Virus record (IMG/VR): IMGVR_UViG_3300010370_002417
Coordinates: 1-64,000 of that record
DNA: 64,000 bases
Source: a virus
Reading direction: 5' to 3' (one strand)
Shown here: piece by piece, positions 44,564 to 54,117 of the stretch
Layout of the letters: the number at the start of each line of letters is the position of its first letter
How positions within the stretch are numbered: position 1 is the stretch's first letter
Translations under genes and position numbers: made by a program
Notes under the pieces: model-generated
The model's input: only the letters and a program-made list of their open reading frames with translations
Database searches by the model: none
What the model was told of the DNA's origin: nothing

Positions 44564-46843
44564 TCAAGCGGCAATCTTCTCGATGAATCGAGAAAGAACC
44601 ATACGAGATCCGCCACGCTTGTTCTGGGCGTTGATGAACGCTTTGGCTAGTTGCCCCTTCTTCAAGTCCTTGGCTTCTTCGAACTTAGCCTGCTGTGCCT
44701 GAAGATTCGCGCCACCCTGGATAAGATAGAACTCATGGAAGTTCAGCATCTTAGGGATGATCAGACTTCTTTCTTTCTTATATTTGGCTAAGGTCTTATC
44801 ATATTGTTCTGCAGGCGTGTATCTTGAGATGGCGTTACGAACTTCGTATGTGTTGTTCGTAATGTAGAAGCCAACGAAGTTAGAATCTGTGGCATCACGA
44901 ACGATGCGCGCAAACATAGCCGTGACATCCGAATAAGCATTGAAGTTCATTGCTGTCTGCATTCGCGTTTCTTCGTCGATGAAGATGCGCGTGACATTAC
45001 TCCACGTTGGCATAAGATTCATCATACGTTCGACGCCCTTTGTATCTGTGACGATCGAATGATTGCTCTCGCCATCCGTGATGCAGATGAAATTCATAAT
45101 CTGCACGTTCTTTTCTTTGCGGAACTTATTGATCAAGTCGCGACACACAAGCAACGAATCATTGAGCGGCGTACCGCCAAGACCAAAGAATCTAAGACCA
45201 TAAAAGCCAAAGATGCTATCCATCATCGAATTTTGGCCATTGAGCGTAAAGCCGTTCTTGATTGCGAACTCGTTGCTATGATAGTCGAACTTCGAGGCTA
45301 CCGCAAGAAGAATGCCAATCATTTCGTTGAATTCTTTGAGATTCATCTTCTCGTTGAATAGTTCGAGAAGATCGAACTCTTTGTCGGGGAACACGAAGTC
45401 CTTGTTGAGGCGTTGTTGGATTCTGCGCTTCATCTCTCCGCGCGCGCCAGAGCGAGCGAGCTTGGTCTTAGTCCAGACCTGATCATTGCCAGAAATAACG
45501 CTGGTGAAGCCATAGAAACGATGCGGGATACCAACGCGGCGGCAGAACATAGCCAACGAGATCAGCTGATCCATCGCGCCACGATAATTCTGCGACATAG
45601 AGCCAGACATATCAAGGATCGCAACAACGCCGTGATTCTTGCCAGTAGGCTCAATGGTCAGTCGCTTGAAGATATCATCGTTGAACTTGTAGCTGTGGAG
45701 CTTGTTCACGTCGATCACGCCAGTCTTAGCCTGCTTAGAGCGAGAGTAAGCGATAGCCGCTTTCTTCATCTCGAACTCTTTGACCATATAATTGATAGCC
45801 GAGTTGTTCTCACGGCGGAACTTGGTAGTCAGCCAGCCACAATAAGATCTGAACAGATACGGATTCTTGGCTCGCGCCAAGTCACTATCCACCAGCTCTA
45901 AGACTTCGCGATAGCCATAGGTGAACGGCTCGTATGCTAGATCTTTGGGAAAGTAGATATATTTGAACTCGCGGCTCGAAAGACTAGGATCGAGGAGCTG
46001 TTCCATACGTTCGCTCATCGCGCGATCAGTCTTAGCCTCGTCTACATTATCTTCTTGCTCTTTCGTAGTGGCACTATCAATAGAACCGTTGTTGCCAACG
46101 CCGTTTTCATCGTGGTCATCAGCTTCGCCTTCGCCTTCGCCGCTATCGTCTTCGATTTCGTCGAATTCTTCGCCTTCTTCACCCAGTTGGGCAAAAGACT
46201 CAGAAGTCTGCTCCAGCTCTTCTTCTTTCTTAGCCTTGACATACTCAAGGATATCGCGGGCAAGATTCTCCACGTCTTCGAATGTGATAGTCTGTTCAGC
46301 TCGCTGCACGAACATACGTTCTTCTTCACTGAACTTGACGCGAACAATCGTGCCCAATTTGAAGTAGAGATTGATACGATCGATCAGCGATAGGCTGTCA
46401 AGATCGTCGTTCTTGATCTCGAAGAAATCGTTCTCGTGCAGCCACTTGTAGCCGTCGATGAAATCGCGGCGCGATCCAGGGAACTTGGTCTTGATCTTGC
46501 GCTCGATGCGAGCATCTTCTATGACGTTGAGATAGCCCTGGAATGTATGCGCGATGCGCTTGGACTCTTTTTCTTCTTCTATCTTGTCGATAGCGCCTTT
46601 CCATTCCGTGGCGTCAGTATATAGAGCGTGGCCAACCTCATGCAGCGCAAGGAAATGATACAGATACTCTGGCATGTCCTTCCACATAGGAAGAGCCAGG
46701 ACACGATTCTTCACGTCGAAATAAGCCGTTTTGATGGGCTTGTGTTCGACCATAATATTTTCTGCCGCCAACAATTTAGCCAGCTTATCTAGCGAGCCAG
46801 GCTTGATTAGATTCGTGGTGTCAGCCATAGTCATCTCCGTCAC
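44564..46843 (-). CDS. CobT-like protein: HEXXH peptidase-like domain, acidic linker, vWA domain
   Basis: HEVGH, NVIEDARIE, LDMSGSM, GGTPL, ITDGE (MIDAS); promoter at 46853-46881. Confidence 0.88.
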   Translation of the reverse strand: MTEMTMADTTNLIKPGSLDKLAKLLAAENIMVEHKPIKTAYFDVKNRVLALPMWKDMPEYLYHFLALHEVGHALYTDATEWKGAIDKIEEEKESKRIAHTFQGYLNVIEDARIERKIKTKFPGSRRDFIDGYKWLHENDFFEIKNDDLDSLSLIDRINLYFKLGTIVRVKFSEEERMFVQRAEQTITFEDVENLARDILEYVKAKKEEELEQTSESFAQLGEEGEEFDEIEDDSGEGEGEADDHDENGVGNNGSIDSATTKEQEDNVDEAKTDRAMSERMEQLLDPSLSSREFKYIYFPKDLAYEPFTYGYREVLELVDSDLARAKNPYLFRSYCGWLTTKFRRENNSAINYMVKEFEMKKAAIAYSRSKQAKTGVIDVNKLHSYKFNDDIFKRLTIEPTGKNHGVVAILDMSGSMSQNYRGAMDQLISLAMFCRRVGIPHRFYGFTSVISGNDQVWTKTKLARSGARGEMKRRIQQRLNKDFVFPDKEFDLLELFNEKMNLKEFNEMIGILLAVASKFDYHSNEFAIKNGFTLNGQNSMMDSIFGFYGLRFFGLGGTPLNDSLLVCRDLINKFRKEKNVQIMNFICITDGESNHSIVTDTKGVERMMNLMPTWSNVTRIFIDEETRMQTAMNFNAYSDVTAMFARIVRDATDSNFVGFYITNNTYEVRNAISRYTPAEQYDKTLAKYKKERSLIIPKMLNFHEFYLIQGGANLQAQQAKFEEAKDLKKGQLAKAFINAQNKRGGSRMVLSRFIEKIAA

Positions 46844-46884
46844 TATTTACTAATGATAGCGGGTTGGCGGCGAGTTGTCAAGGG

Positions 46885-47109
46885 TCAATGCGCCTCAAAA
46901 TAGCGGATATCCGCTTCCGTGGTATACGGATCCTCAGCTTGGATCTGGCGAATCAGCTCTTCGCGGCGCTCGCGCAAGGCATCGATCTGTTTCAGCAGAT
47001 GATCAGCCAGCGGATAGGCACCGAATTTCATAGCCATGTCATAATTAGACTCCAGCTCGTCGAGGGTGGTGCGAATCTGATTGATGTTCATTTCGTTACC
47101 TTTCATCAT
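46885..47109 (-). CDS. early hypothetical protein
   Basis: Own promoter at 47116-47144; in-frame starts at 47109 and 47091. Confidence 0.75.
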   Translation of the reverse strand: MMKGNEMNINQIRTTLDELESNYDMAMKFGAYPLADHLLKQIDALRERREELIRQIQAEDPYTTEADIRYFEAH

Positions 47110-47121
47110 ATGTTCATTGTA
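47099..47121 (-). repeat. 23-nt promoter/leader repeat TACAATGAACATATGATGAAAGG
   Basis: Identical copy at 47478-47500; variants at 47734-47756, 44313-44335 and 1610-1632. Confidence 0.9.
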
Positions 47122-47140
47122 GTAAGTTGGCGGGCAATTG

Positions 47141-47488
47141 TCAAGCGCCCGTCCAGCGAACGTTCGACAAGGCCTGCAGCACATTGCCACGGGCGAAGTT
47201 CTTCGCGGGGGCGCGCCAGCTAGCCGCCTTGAGAATGTCGCCGCGCTTGAACTTGCCATCGTCGTCCAGCATAATGAAAGAATGAACGCCAGTCTGCGGA
47301 CCGGTGATCACCTTGATGAACTTACGATGGATCTCGTATCGAATCGAGGCGTCGAACTCTTGGATCATTTCAGCGCGAGTGGGTGACATCGGGCTATATC
47401 CAGCATAGTCAGCCTTGATGGCTTGAATGTAACGTTCAACGCCAGCCTTGAGGTCAGAAGCGATAGTCATGCCATTTCCTTTCATCAT
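47141..47488 (-). CDS. conserved early phage protein
   Basis: VHSFI...GDILKAASWRAPAKNFARGN; promoter at 47495-47523; starts at 47488 and 47470. Confidence 0.8.
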   Translation of the reverse strand: MMKGNGMTIASDLKAGVERYIQAIKADYAGYSPMSPTRAEMIQEFDASIRYEIHRKFIKVITGPQTGVHSFIMLDDDGKFKRGDILKAASWRAPAKNFARGNVLQALSNVRWTGA

Positions 47489-47519
47489 ATGTTCATTGTA
47501 CACGGTGGCAGGCTGGTTG

Positions 47520-47744
47520 TCAATACCGTTCCGACCACCGATCGTTTTCTTCGTCTTCGTCGAGAAAGAATTCCGCCAGCTGACCCAAGAAAATGATCAG
47601 GTCTCTGGTATCGCCCTTCTTAATGTTTTCGCTCGGCCAATCAAAGCCGGCTTTGACCGCCGAAGGCTTGAGCATAAGTATGGCTTCGATCAAGTCGTTG
47701 CGGTTGGTTCGGGTCTTGTAACTCATGTGGCTTCCTTTCATCAC
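47520..47744 (-). CDS. early hypothetical protein
   Basis: Promoter at 47751-47779; starts at 47744 and 47726. Confidence 0.7.
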   Translation of the reverse strand: MMKGSHMSYKTRTNRNDLIEAILMLKPSAVKAGFDWPSENIKKGDTRDLIIFLGQLAEFFLDEDEENDRWSERY

Positions 47745-47868
47745 TTTTTCATTGTATGGGGTATCGGGTTGGTTGTCAAACGAAAAAACCCCCTGTAAAA
47801 ACAGAGGGTTATAGCTAAGTCACTGATATTATGGGGAAAACTTTTTTGTAAAATCTTGGTTACGATCG

Positions 47869-48552
47869 TTAAGGATTTTTTAACGCAATAAAGCCGGTAA
47901 AGGCATGATTTTGCCAGAACGAATCGACTACCTTGAAGCCGGCGGCTTTACACATATCCACGATTTCCTGCCTGGTGCTAGGCTTAGTCATGTGGCGTAG
48001 TTGTCGTTCCTTATCCATAATGTCTTCTGTCGTAAATGTCTTGCGCTTGAAATCGTAGTAGGTAAATGTGCGGATCTCGTGTACGCGCACGTTCTCTGGC
48101 ATAGTCTTTTCTGCGAACACGAACGCGCCTCCAGGTAGCAAACCGTCGTGAACTTTACTTACAACTTCTTTGCGATCCTTGAACGACATAAACTGTAATG
48201 TAAAGATTGAAGTGACATAAGAACAGTTTCTAAAGTCATAGTTTAAGACATCGCCGCGATAGTATGTCAAATTCTCATATTGATTTTCGTCAGCGATGAA
48301 TCCCTTCCAAAAGTCTTCTTCGATCTCGATACCTTCATAGATGGCGTCTGGAGCAAATGTGTTCTGTGCGATCATGCTCTTAAGCATCTTGCCAGTAGAA
48401 CAACCAATATCAACGACAGAGGTATTGTTCTCGACGAAATACTGCGAGATGTCAACGACGTCTTGCCAAAGATGACCATATCCACGGATCGATCCGTCAA
48501 TGTGATTGTCAAAGCCTTCTTCGCGTGTAGCAAACGTGAACTTACCTGTCAT
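47869..48552 (-). CDS. CmoA-like (carboxy-SAM synthase-like) SAM-binding protein
   Basis: FTF...FDNHI..SIRGY, DIGCSTG, FTLQF, GGAFVFAEK, NHAFTGFIALK; ATGA-coupled to the MTase. Confidence 0.8.
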   Translation of the reverse strand: MTGKFTFATREEGFDNHIDGSIRGYGHLWQDVVDISQYFVENNTSVVDIGCSTGKMLKSMIAQNTFAPDAIYEGIEIEEDFWKGFIADENQYENLTYYRGDVLNYDFRNCSYVTSIFTLQFMSFKDRKEVVSKVHDGLLPGGAFVFAEKTMPENVRVHEIRTFTYYDFKRKTFTTEDIMDKERQLRHMTKPSTRQEIVDMCKAAGFKVVDSFWQNHAFTGFIALKNP

Positions 48553-49688
48553 GACAATTCCTTGTAGGGCTTCAAAATGTTTTCGTAAATGCAAGTAGAA
48601 AGGGCGCACATCATCTTTGGTGCAACCATGCGACCGATGCGTTCAGCCTGCTGATCGAACGTACCAGTCAATTCATAATCATCAGGTAAGCTCATGATAC
48701 GCTTCATTTCTTTGATTGTCAACTTTCTATTCGCCGCGTAGTGCATAACACCACTGGCGCTTCTTTGCTGACCCATCTGTGTGAGCGTAGGAGATGGCTT
48801 GTTGGGAGCTGGTCGTTTCATATTGAAGCAAGACGTCTTACCGTTGACTGGTCCTGGCTTCAATACTTTGTGAGGATTGAAAGGCATTGTTTCCACGAAT
48901 TTCTTCTGGAAACTATTTTCGCAGAAGTCCAGGAGCATTTGAACTTCTGCTGGATCATTATCGATCCCTTCTATTGCGCTGGCGATTGATACACCATCGC
49001 TTGTCGTAGGCATTGGAAATACTCGACTCGCGAGTTGATACTCCTCCAGCCCCAGAGCCGCGAACACATCGTTCCTGACTCCCACGAAGAATGTTCTCAT
49101 ACGACTCTGGGGCACCCCAAACTTCGAAGCATCCATGACTTGATACACCATCTTATAGCCTGGTGTAATGCGTTCGAAGCCTGTTACGAAATCTCTTAGT
49201 TTCTCAATAGCAGCTCGGGCTGTGATTCCCTCGACGTTTTCTGCTATAATGACTTTAGGTTGGATATCCTCTGCAATCCTTATATATTCCAGGAACAAGT
49301 CTTCAATGTTCTTTACAGTCTTGCCATCGGAATATTTTTTCTCTCTGTTCCAACCTTTCTTCCCTTTACCAGAAGATGAAAATGCAGAACACGGTGGAGA
49401 TCCATCAAGAATATCAAGCTCGCCTGGATTTAGATTACCGATCTCGAGCAGATCTTTTCCTTTTATATTCTTGATATCTCCAAGGATTACCTTCGTGTCG
49501 GGAAAGTTGCGCGAATAGGTAGCCACTGCTTCCTCAACGAACTCGTTGATCGCGACAACTTTCCCGCCTGCAAGCCGATATCCAGTTGAAGATCCGCCAC
49601 CGCCTGCGAATGTTGAGACCACCGTAAACAGTTCGCGCGCGGACGAGCGTCGCACATCTTCAATAGTATATGGCTGATAGTTGCTCAC
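48549..49688 (-). CDS. C5-cytosine DNA methyltransferase family (candidate carboxymethyltransferase)
   Basis: Motifs I FAGGGG, IV GSPPC, VI ENV, VIII QSRMR, IX RKLTIKE, X IGRMVAP. Confidence 0.9.
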   Translation of the reverse strand: MSNYQPYTIEDVRRSSARELFTVVSTFAGGGGSSTGYRLAGGKVVAINEFVEEAVATYSRNFPDTKVILGDIKNIKGKDLLEIGNLNPGELDILDGSPPCSAFSSSGKGKKGWNREKKYSDGKTVKNIEDLFLEYIRIAEDIQPKVIIAENVEGITARAAIEKLRDFVTGFERITPGYKMVYQVMDASKFGVPQSRMRTFFVGVRNDVFAALGLEEYQLASRVFPMPTTSDGVSIASAIEGIDNDPAEVQMLLDFCENSFQKKFVETMPFNPHKVLKPGPVNGKTSCFNMKRPAPNKPSPTLTQMGQQRSASGVMHYAANRKLTIKEMKRIMSLPDDYELTGTFDQQAERIGRMVAPKMMCALSTCIYENILKPYKELS

Positions 49689-50215
49689 GCAGTCCTCATT
49701 CTTCGTTCAGCTTTGTTCTTGAAGTTCTTCGCTTGTTCTAGATGAAACCGATTAGCTCTTTGCTGGAATGTGATTCCATTGAGATGATCGTACTCGTGCT
49801 GAAACACGCGAGCAGTATATCCTTCATAACGTGTAGTGCCAGCTTCTCCATCCCATCCACGATAGCGGACACGAATACCGCGCGATCTTTTGATTTTGAT
49901 GAACATCCCAGGATACGTCAGACATCCTTCTTCGTATATCACTTTTTCTTCATCGTAGTCTAGGATGATTGGATTGAATACGCCAATGATGCTTGCTGGA
50001 TCGCTGAAATTGCCAATAACAAAAACGCGAGTCATGATTCCTAGCTGACAAGCAGAAAGACCGACACCTTTGTTGGCTATCATCGTATCGCGCAGAAGCT
50101 CGTACAACTCTTTGGCGTTGTAGTGAGTTCCGTCTTCTGTCGTGTATCCCGCTTCAAAGTCAAACTCTGGGCAGATTTGCGAAAGCCTTGGATCGTTACC
50201 TTTTAGAAGTTCCAT
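49685..50215 (-). CDS. def: peptide deformylase
   Basis: GVGLSACQ, EGCL, QHEYDHLNG. Confidence 0.95.
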   Translation of the reverse strand: MELLKGNDPRLSQICPEFDFEAGYTTEDGTHYNAKELYELLRDTMIANKGVGLSACQLGIMTRVFVIGNFSDPASIIGVFNPIILDYDEEKVIYEEGCLTYPGMFIKIKRSRGIRVRYRGWDGEAGTTRYEGYTARVFQHEYDHLNGITFQQRANRFHLEQAKNFKNKAERRMRTA

Positions 50216-51918
50216 TACACTATCCTACTAAAATTCTTCTGCTTTGTAAAGCGAATAACGTTGCTAAACTTATCGTGTAGAACATCACCCTTATGCGAGA
50301 TGACAAATATATTCGTTTGTTCCAAATTATGAATGAGCTTCAGAAACTCATCACAGCCATTTGCATCAAGCGACGCGTCGAATACTTCGTCTAGAATCAG
50401 AAGATTCGTGTTGGCGCTGTTCTTCATGCGAGCGATTGAACGCCACGTGAAAAGAAGCGCAAGATCGATACGCATCTTTTCGCCTTCACTGAAAGAATCG
50501 TAAGTAAAGTCGTCGCGATGGCGCGATAGGATCTTTTCTTCGAACGACTCGTTCAACTCGAACTTCACGAAGAAGTCCATGGCGGCGAGGTATTTATTCA
50601 CCAAAGTATTGATGACTGGTACATACTGTTTTATGATGCGAGACTTGATGCCGCTATCGCGAAGGATAACAGTAGCAAGATCGAACATTTCACGCTCTTC
50701 GAGAATAACATTCTTCTTTCCTAGAAGTGCAGTATAGTCTTCGTTCAATTGTTTGATGACAGATTCGTTGAACGCTTCTGTCTTTTTCTCGGCGTCATTT
50801 ATTTCTTTAGTCCAAAGAGAGATTTCTTTTTGATGGGTCTTGATGGAAGACTGTAGCTCCCGTAGAACGTTTTGCTTTGCACTAATCTCACGTTGTATCC
50901 GCGAGATAGAATCCAACCGATTCTCCGCTTCGCGTAAGTTGTCTTGTAACGACGCGAGCGCGATATCAACATCTGTGATAATCTTTTCTTTCTCATCGAT
51001 TTTCTCACATTTTATAGTTTCGTCAATATTCTGCGTGCATGTAGGACATTCATCGTTATCGTGATAGAACTTGATAGTTTTGCGCGCATTACTCTTTTTC
51101 TTCTCAAGATTAGATTCGAGATTGAGTATCTTTTGAATTCTTGCGCTTACAGTTTCTTTGTCGTCGATTTGCGTAAGAAGATCATTGATTTCAGCTTCAA
51201 CAGTAGCAGCTTCCGCTTCGTCACGCAGGAACGATGCGTTAGCTGTTTCAATACGCTTACGATATTCATCGATCTTCTCGCTCTTTTCTTGCGCCAAGTC
51301 GTTGCGCAACTTCTCTTGCAGTTTGATGCTTTCGCTTGTGTTGGATATATCGTTTTCGTTGAGCTTATATGTTTCGCGATTAGTAGCAACGCGATCTTTG
51401 AGCAACAAAGCCATCGAGGAAAAGACGCGGATATCTAACAAATCCTCGATGACTTCGCGTCGCACATTGGTTGTAAGTTGCATGAACGGAACGAAAGAAG
51501 AAGATCCCAGGATAACTATCTGGGTGAACGACTTCATGCTCAACTTAAGAATGTTCTTCTCAAGCATTTCCTGATAGTCGCGCATAGCTGCGTCTTGATC
51601 GATCAGAGATCCGTCTTCATAGATCTCAAACAGATTTGGCTTGATACCACGCTTGATTATGTACTGATGATCGTGTGTGTTGAACTCAATCTCAACAACA
51701 ACATCGCGTCCATTGACCGAGTTGATAAGTTGATCTTTCTTGATCTTACGGAATGGCTTGCCATACAAACCAAAACACAATGCGTCGAGCATTGTAGATT
51801 TGCCAGCGCCGTTCTCACCAACGATGAGCGTAGAGTCGTTCTCGTTTAGCTTGATTTCTGTAAATGCGTTGCCAGTCGAAAGGAAGTTCTTCCAGCGCAC
51901 CTTTTTGAAATGAATCAT
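50215..51918 (-). CDS. 46: recombination ATPase subunit (gp46, Rad50-like)
   Basis: GENGAGKST, CPTC hook, FSEGE, LDEVFD, ISH. Confidence 0.97.
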   Translation of the reverse strand: MIHFKKVRWKNFLSTGNAFTEIKLNENDSTLIVGENGAGKSTMLDALCFGLYGKPFRKIKKDQLINSVNGRDVVVEIEFNTHDHQYIIKRGIKPNLFEIYEDGSLIDQDAAMRDYQEMLEKNILKLSMKSFTQIVILGSSSFVPFMQLTTNVRREVIEDLLDIRVFSSMALLLKDRVATNRETYKLNENDISNTSESIKLQEKLRNDLAQEKSEKIDEYRKRIETANASFLRDEAEAATVEAEINDLLTQIDDKETVSARIQKILNLESNLEKKKSNARKTIKFYHDNDECPTCTQNIDETIKCEKIDEKEKIITDVDIALASLQDNLREAENRLDSISRIQREISAKQNVLRELQSSIKTHQKEISLWTKEINDAEKKTEAFNESVIKQLNEDYTALLGKKNVILEEREMFDLATVILRDSGIKSRIIKQYVPVINTLVNKYLAAMDFFVKFELNESFEEKILSRHRDDFTYDSFSEGEKMRIDLALLFTWRSIARMKNSANTNLLILDEVFDASLDANGCDEFLKLIHNLEQTNIFVISHKGDVLHDKFSNVIRFTKQKNFSRIV

Positions 51919-52103
51919 TTATTCCCAATAATATCACAAGGATGATCTTGGTCATCCCATCTGTATCGACCAACAAGATTTAAGAGAAGGCGCGTCTTAG
52001 TTTCAGCGCATTCAAATATCTGTACGCCTTGGCGACGTTCAATATAAATGTATTCTTTGCCTTCACGACTTATATAGGTTTCGCCAGCAACGAATGTCAT
52101 CAC
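51915..52103 (-). CDS. hypothetical protein
   Basis: 62-aa ORF coupled to gp47 and gp46. Confidence 0.65.
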   Translation of the reverse strand: MMTFVAGETYISREGKEYIYIERRQGVQIFECAETKTRLLLNLVGRYRWDDQDHPCDIIGNK

Positions 52104-53161
52104 TCAGTTTCCATTTGAAGAGCTTCATTATATAACGAACGCATGAGCTTGTCAAGTTTTTCATTATCTACATTAGACTCAATCGTCTTGATATATTTCG
52201 ACAGAATCGTAAGAGTATCTTCAGCCTCATTCAATAATTCTTGCTCGTCGATAGAATCCATGTTGCGATGATCTTCGACGATAGTAACTTCAATTGGGCT
52301 GGCTTCGTAGAGCTTCGTAGTAAACAAATCAAACGTGAACGGATTATCTTTGTTAGATACAATGAGTTTTACGTATGCGCCAGCATACTTACTGAAGTCG
52401 CGTTCTAGGATTTCTTCTGTCGTCTTATCTTTATCGTTGTACCACACTTTGCGAAACATCTTGTAAGGATTTTCTATAAACGCCAACTCACGAGTTTCAG
52501 TATCGAAGATATGGAATCCCTTAGGGTCATCGTAGTCGCTCCAAGTAAATTCAGCATGACTACCAAGATAATGGATATTCCCACTAGAGGAACGATGATG
52601 ATAATGACCAGAGCATACCAAATCAAACCTATCAAAAATAGACCGGTCATCACCGTGACTGACAGGACTGCCTCGATACATTTCGAAGCCAGCGATTTCA
52701 AGATGTCCCATGCAGATTTGAGCATTGGTCTTCCTTATGAGATTCATCGCGTGTTCACGATTGTCTTCGCAAATCCACGGCATAAACAAAATCTTGACAC
52801 CATCGAACTCGACTTCCGTCGCTTCTTCATACAGAATGAAGTCGTCTAGATACGCTTCTCTAATGGCGTTGACTGAATTCGTATTCTTGTAATAGGTGTC
52901 GTGGTTTCCGAGGGTGAGATGTGGCTTGATGCCTCTTGCGTGTAGAGGTGAAATAAAATCCTCACGCAGGCGTCGCGCTGTATAGATGTTAATGTATTTA
53001 CGGCGATCAACAAGATCACCGAGATGGATAACAGTAGAGATGCTATTATCATCGATATACGGAAAGAAAACATTATCTAGAAACTTCTTGTTGTTGTCAA
53101 GGAACGCAATCTGATCGTTGCGCACACCCCAGTGGGTGTCAGTGATAATAGCAATTTTCAT
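52100..53161 (-). CDS. 47: recombination nuclease subunit (gp47, Mre11-like)
   Basis: DTHWG, HLGD, GNHD, GHYH. Confidence 0.96.
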   Translation of the reverse strand: MKIAIITDTHWGVRNDQIAFLDNNKKFLDNVFFPYIDDNSISTVIHLGDLVDRRKYINIYTARRLREDFISPLHARGIKPHLTLGNHDTYYKNTNSVNAIREAYLDDFILYEEATEVEFDGVKILFMPWICEDNREHAMNLIRKTNAQICMGHLEIAGFEMYRGSPVSHGDDRSIFDRFDLVCSGHYHHRSSSGNIHYLGSHAEFTWSDYDDPKGFHIFDTETRELAFIENPYKMFRKVWYNDKDKTTEEILERDFSKYAGAYVKLIVSNKDNPFTFDLFTTKLYEASPIEVTIVEDHRNMDSIDEQELLNEAEDTLTILSKYIKTIESNVDNEKLDKLMRSLYNEALQMETE

Positions 53162-53167
53162 AATGTA

Positions 53168-53196
53168 ATTCTATCACGCTACCTTAGAGTTGTCAA
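53168..53196 (-). promoter_or_regulatory. sigma70 promoter, leaderless geometry (gp47)
   Basis: TTGACA-17-TAGAAT-6 nt-ATG, no SD. Confidence 0.85.
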
Positions 53197-53716
53197 TCTT
53201 TTTATTGCGCTTGATGTTCTTGCTCGCTTCGAAGTCAGCCATGAACTTTTCCATCTGCTCCTTCGACCACTCGCCATACTTGATATCTGTGTCATGTGAT
53301 CTATCGCCATCCTGCGATTCAGAAGTCTCACCCATGATATTGGCGTATTCGATAGCGGCATACTTAGTGTAGAGATGCTTCTTCTCTTTCTGAATGCGAC
53401 GAATGAATGCAAAGTAAATGATCTGCGTAAAATACGCAAACGGATTCTGAGACTTAGCAGGATCGAAGTTATTGATGTAGAGCAAACAGTTCTCGATACC
53501 GTCAGAAATCATTTCTTCGCGGAACGTATAGTTTGCAAAGTTCGGACGATAGGCTAAGTGAGTAGCGATCTTCATGATACACTCGCCAATGTAGTGCGGG
53601 ATACGAGGGTTTTGTTTACCTGTATCTTTAGCTTCGTTGACAAGATTCTTGTATTCTATCATCGCAGCATACAGATCTTTGTTGTTGACGTAGTGTGTCT
53701 TCTTCTTAGCAGTCAT
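53174..53716 (-). CDS. 55: late sigma factor (gp55-like)
   Basis: HYVNNK, MISDGIENC, NPFAYFTQI..AFIRRIQKEK. Confidence 0.96.
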   Translation of the reverse strand: MTAKKKTHYVNNKDLYAAMIEYKNLVNEAKDTGKQNPRIPHYIGECIMKIATHLAYRPNFANYTFREEMISDGIENCLLYINNFDPAKSQNPFAYFTQIIYFAFIRRIQKEKKHLYTKYAAIEYANIMGETSESQDGDRSHDTDIKYGEWSKEQMEKFMADFEASKNIKRNKKIDNSKVA

Positions 53717-54117
53717 TAGTGTATGGTTCCTGAACTGTTGTTCGCATTATTGATGATAGCCTGTGATAGCGCGCGACTTACTAAACGACGGGCTTCTTCT
53801 TCGCGCATCTGCCTAACGCTTCTAGATTCTTTATTGATAGAGTTTAGATACTTTTCTGCAACTTCGTCATCTACTAACATATACGTCATAATATGCGACT
53901 TGTCAAGTCTTATCTTCTCAGTCATCATATTTTCGAATGGAATCCATCGCATGATGGCTGTAGTCACAACCATATTGGAAGGAGACTGCATGGCTTCTAC
54001 TCTGTATGGCTGAGTGACATATAAGCAATCTGGCTCATCGCCAACAAGCATGCAAAGTAGATCTTCGCCATTATTCAGTTTCAGAAAATAAACTTCGCCT
54101 TCCTGTTGCATCATCAC
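53716..54117 (-). CDS. conserved hypothetical protein (Sm-like)
   Basis: LKLNNGEDL...RWIPF; conserved position between uvsW and gp55. Confidence 0.75.
   Translation of the reverse strand: MMMQQEGEVYFLKLNNGEDLLCMLVGDEPDCLYVTQPYRVEAMQSPSNMVVTTAIMRWIPFENMMTEKIRLDKSHIMTYMLVDDEVAEKYLNSINKESRSVRQMREEEARRLVSRALSQAIINNANNSSGTIH

Noticed and set aside
43103-46843. Cobalamin biosynthesis (cobS/cobT) call
   Set aside because: No cobN or other cob genes; the vWA partner has a peptidase domain, so a generic MoxR-vWA call is safer.
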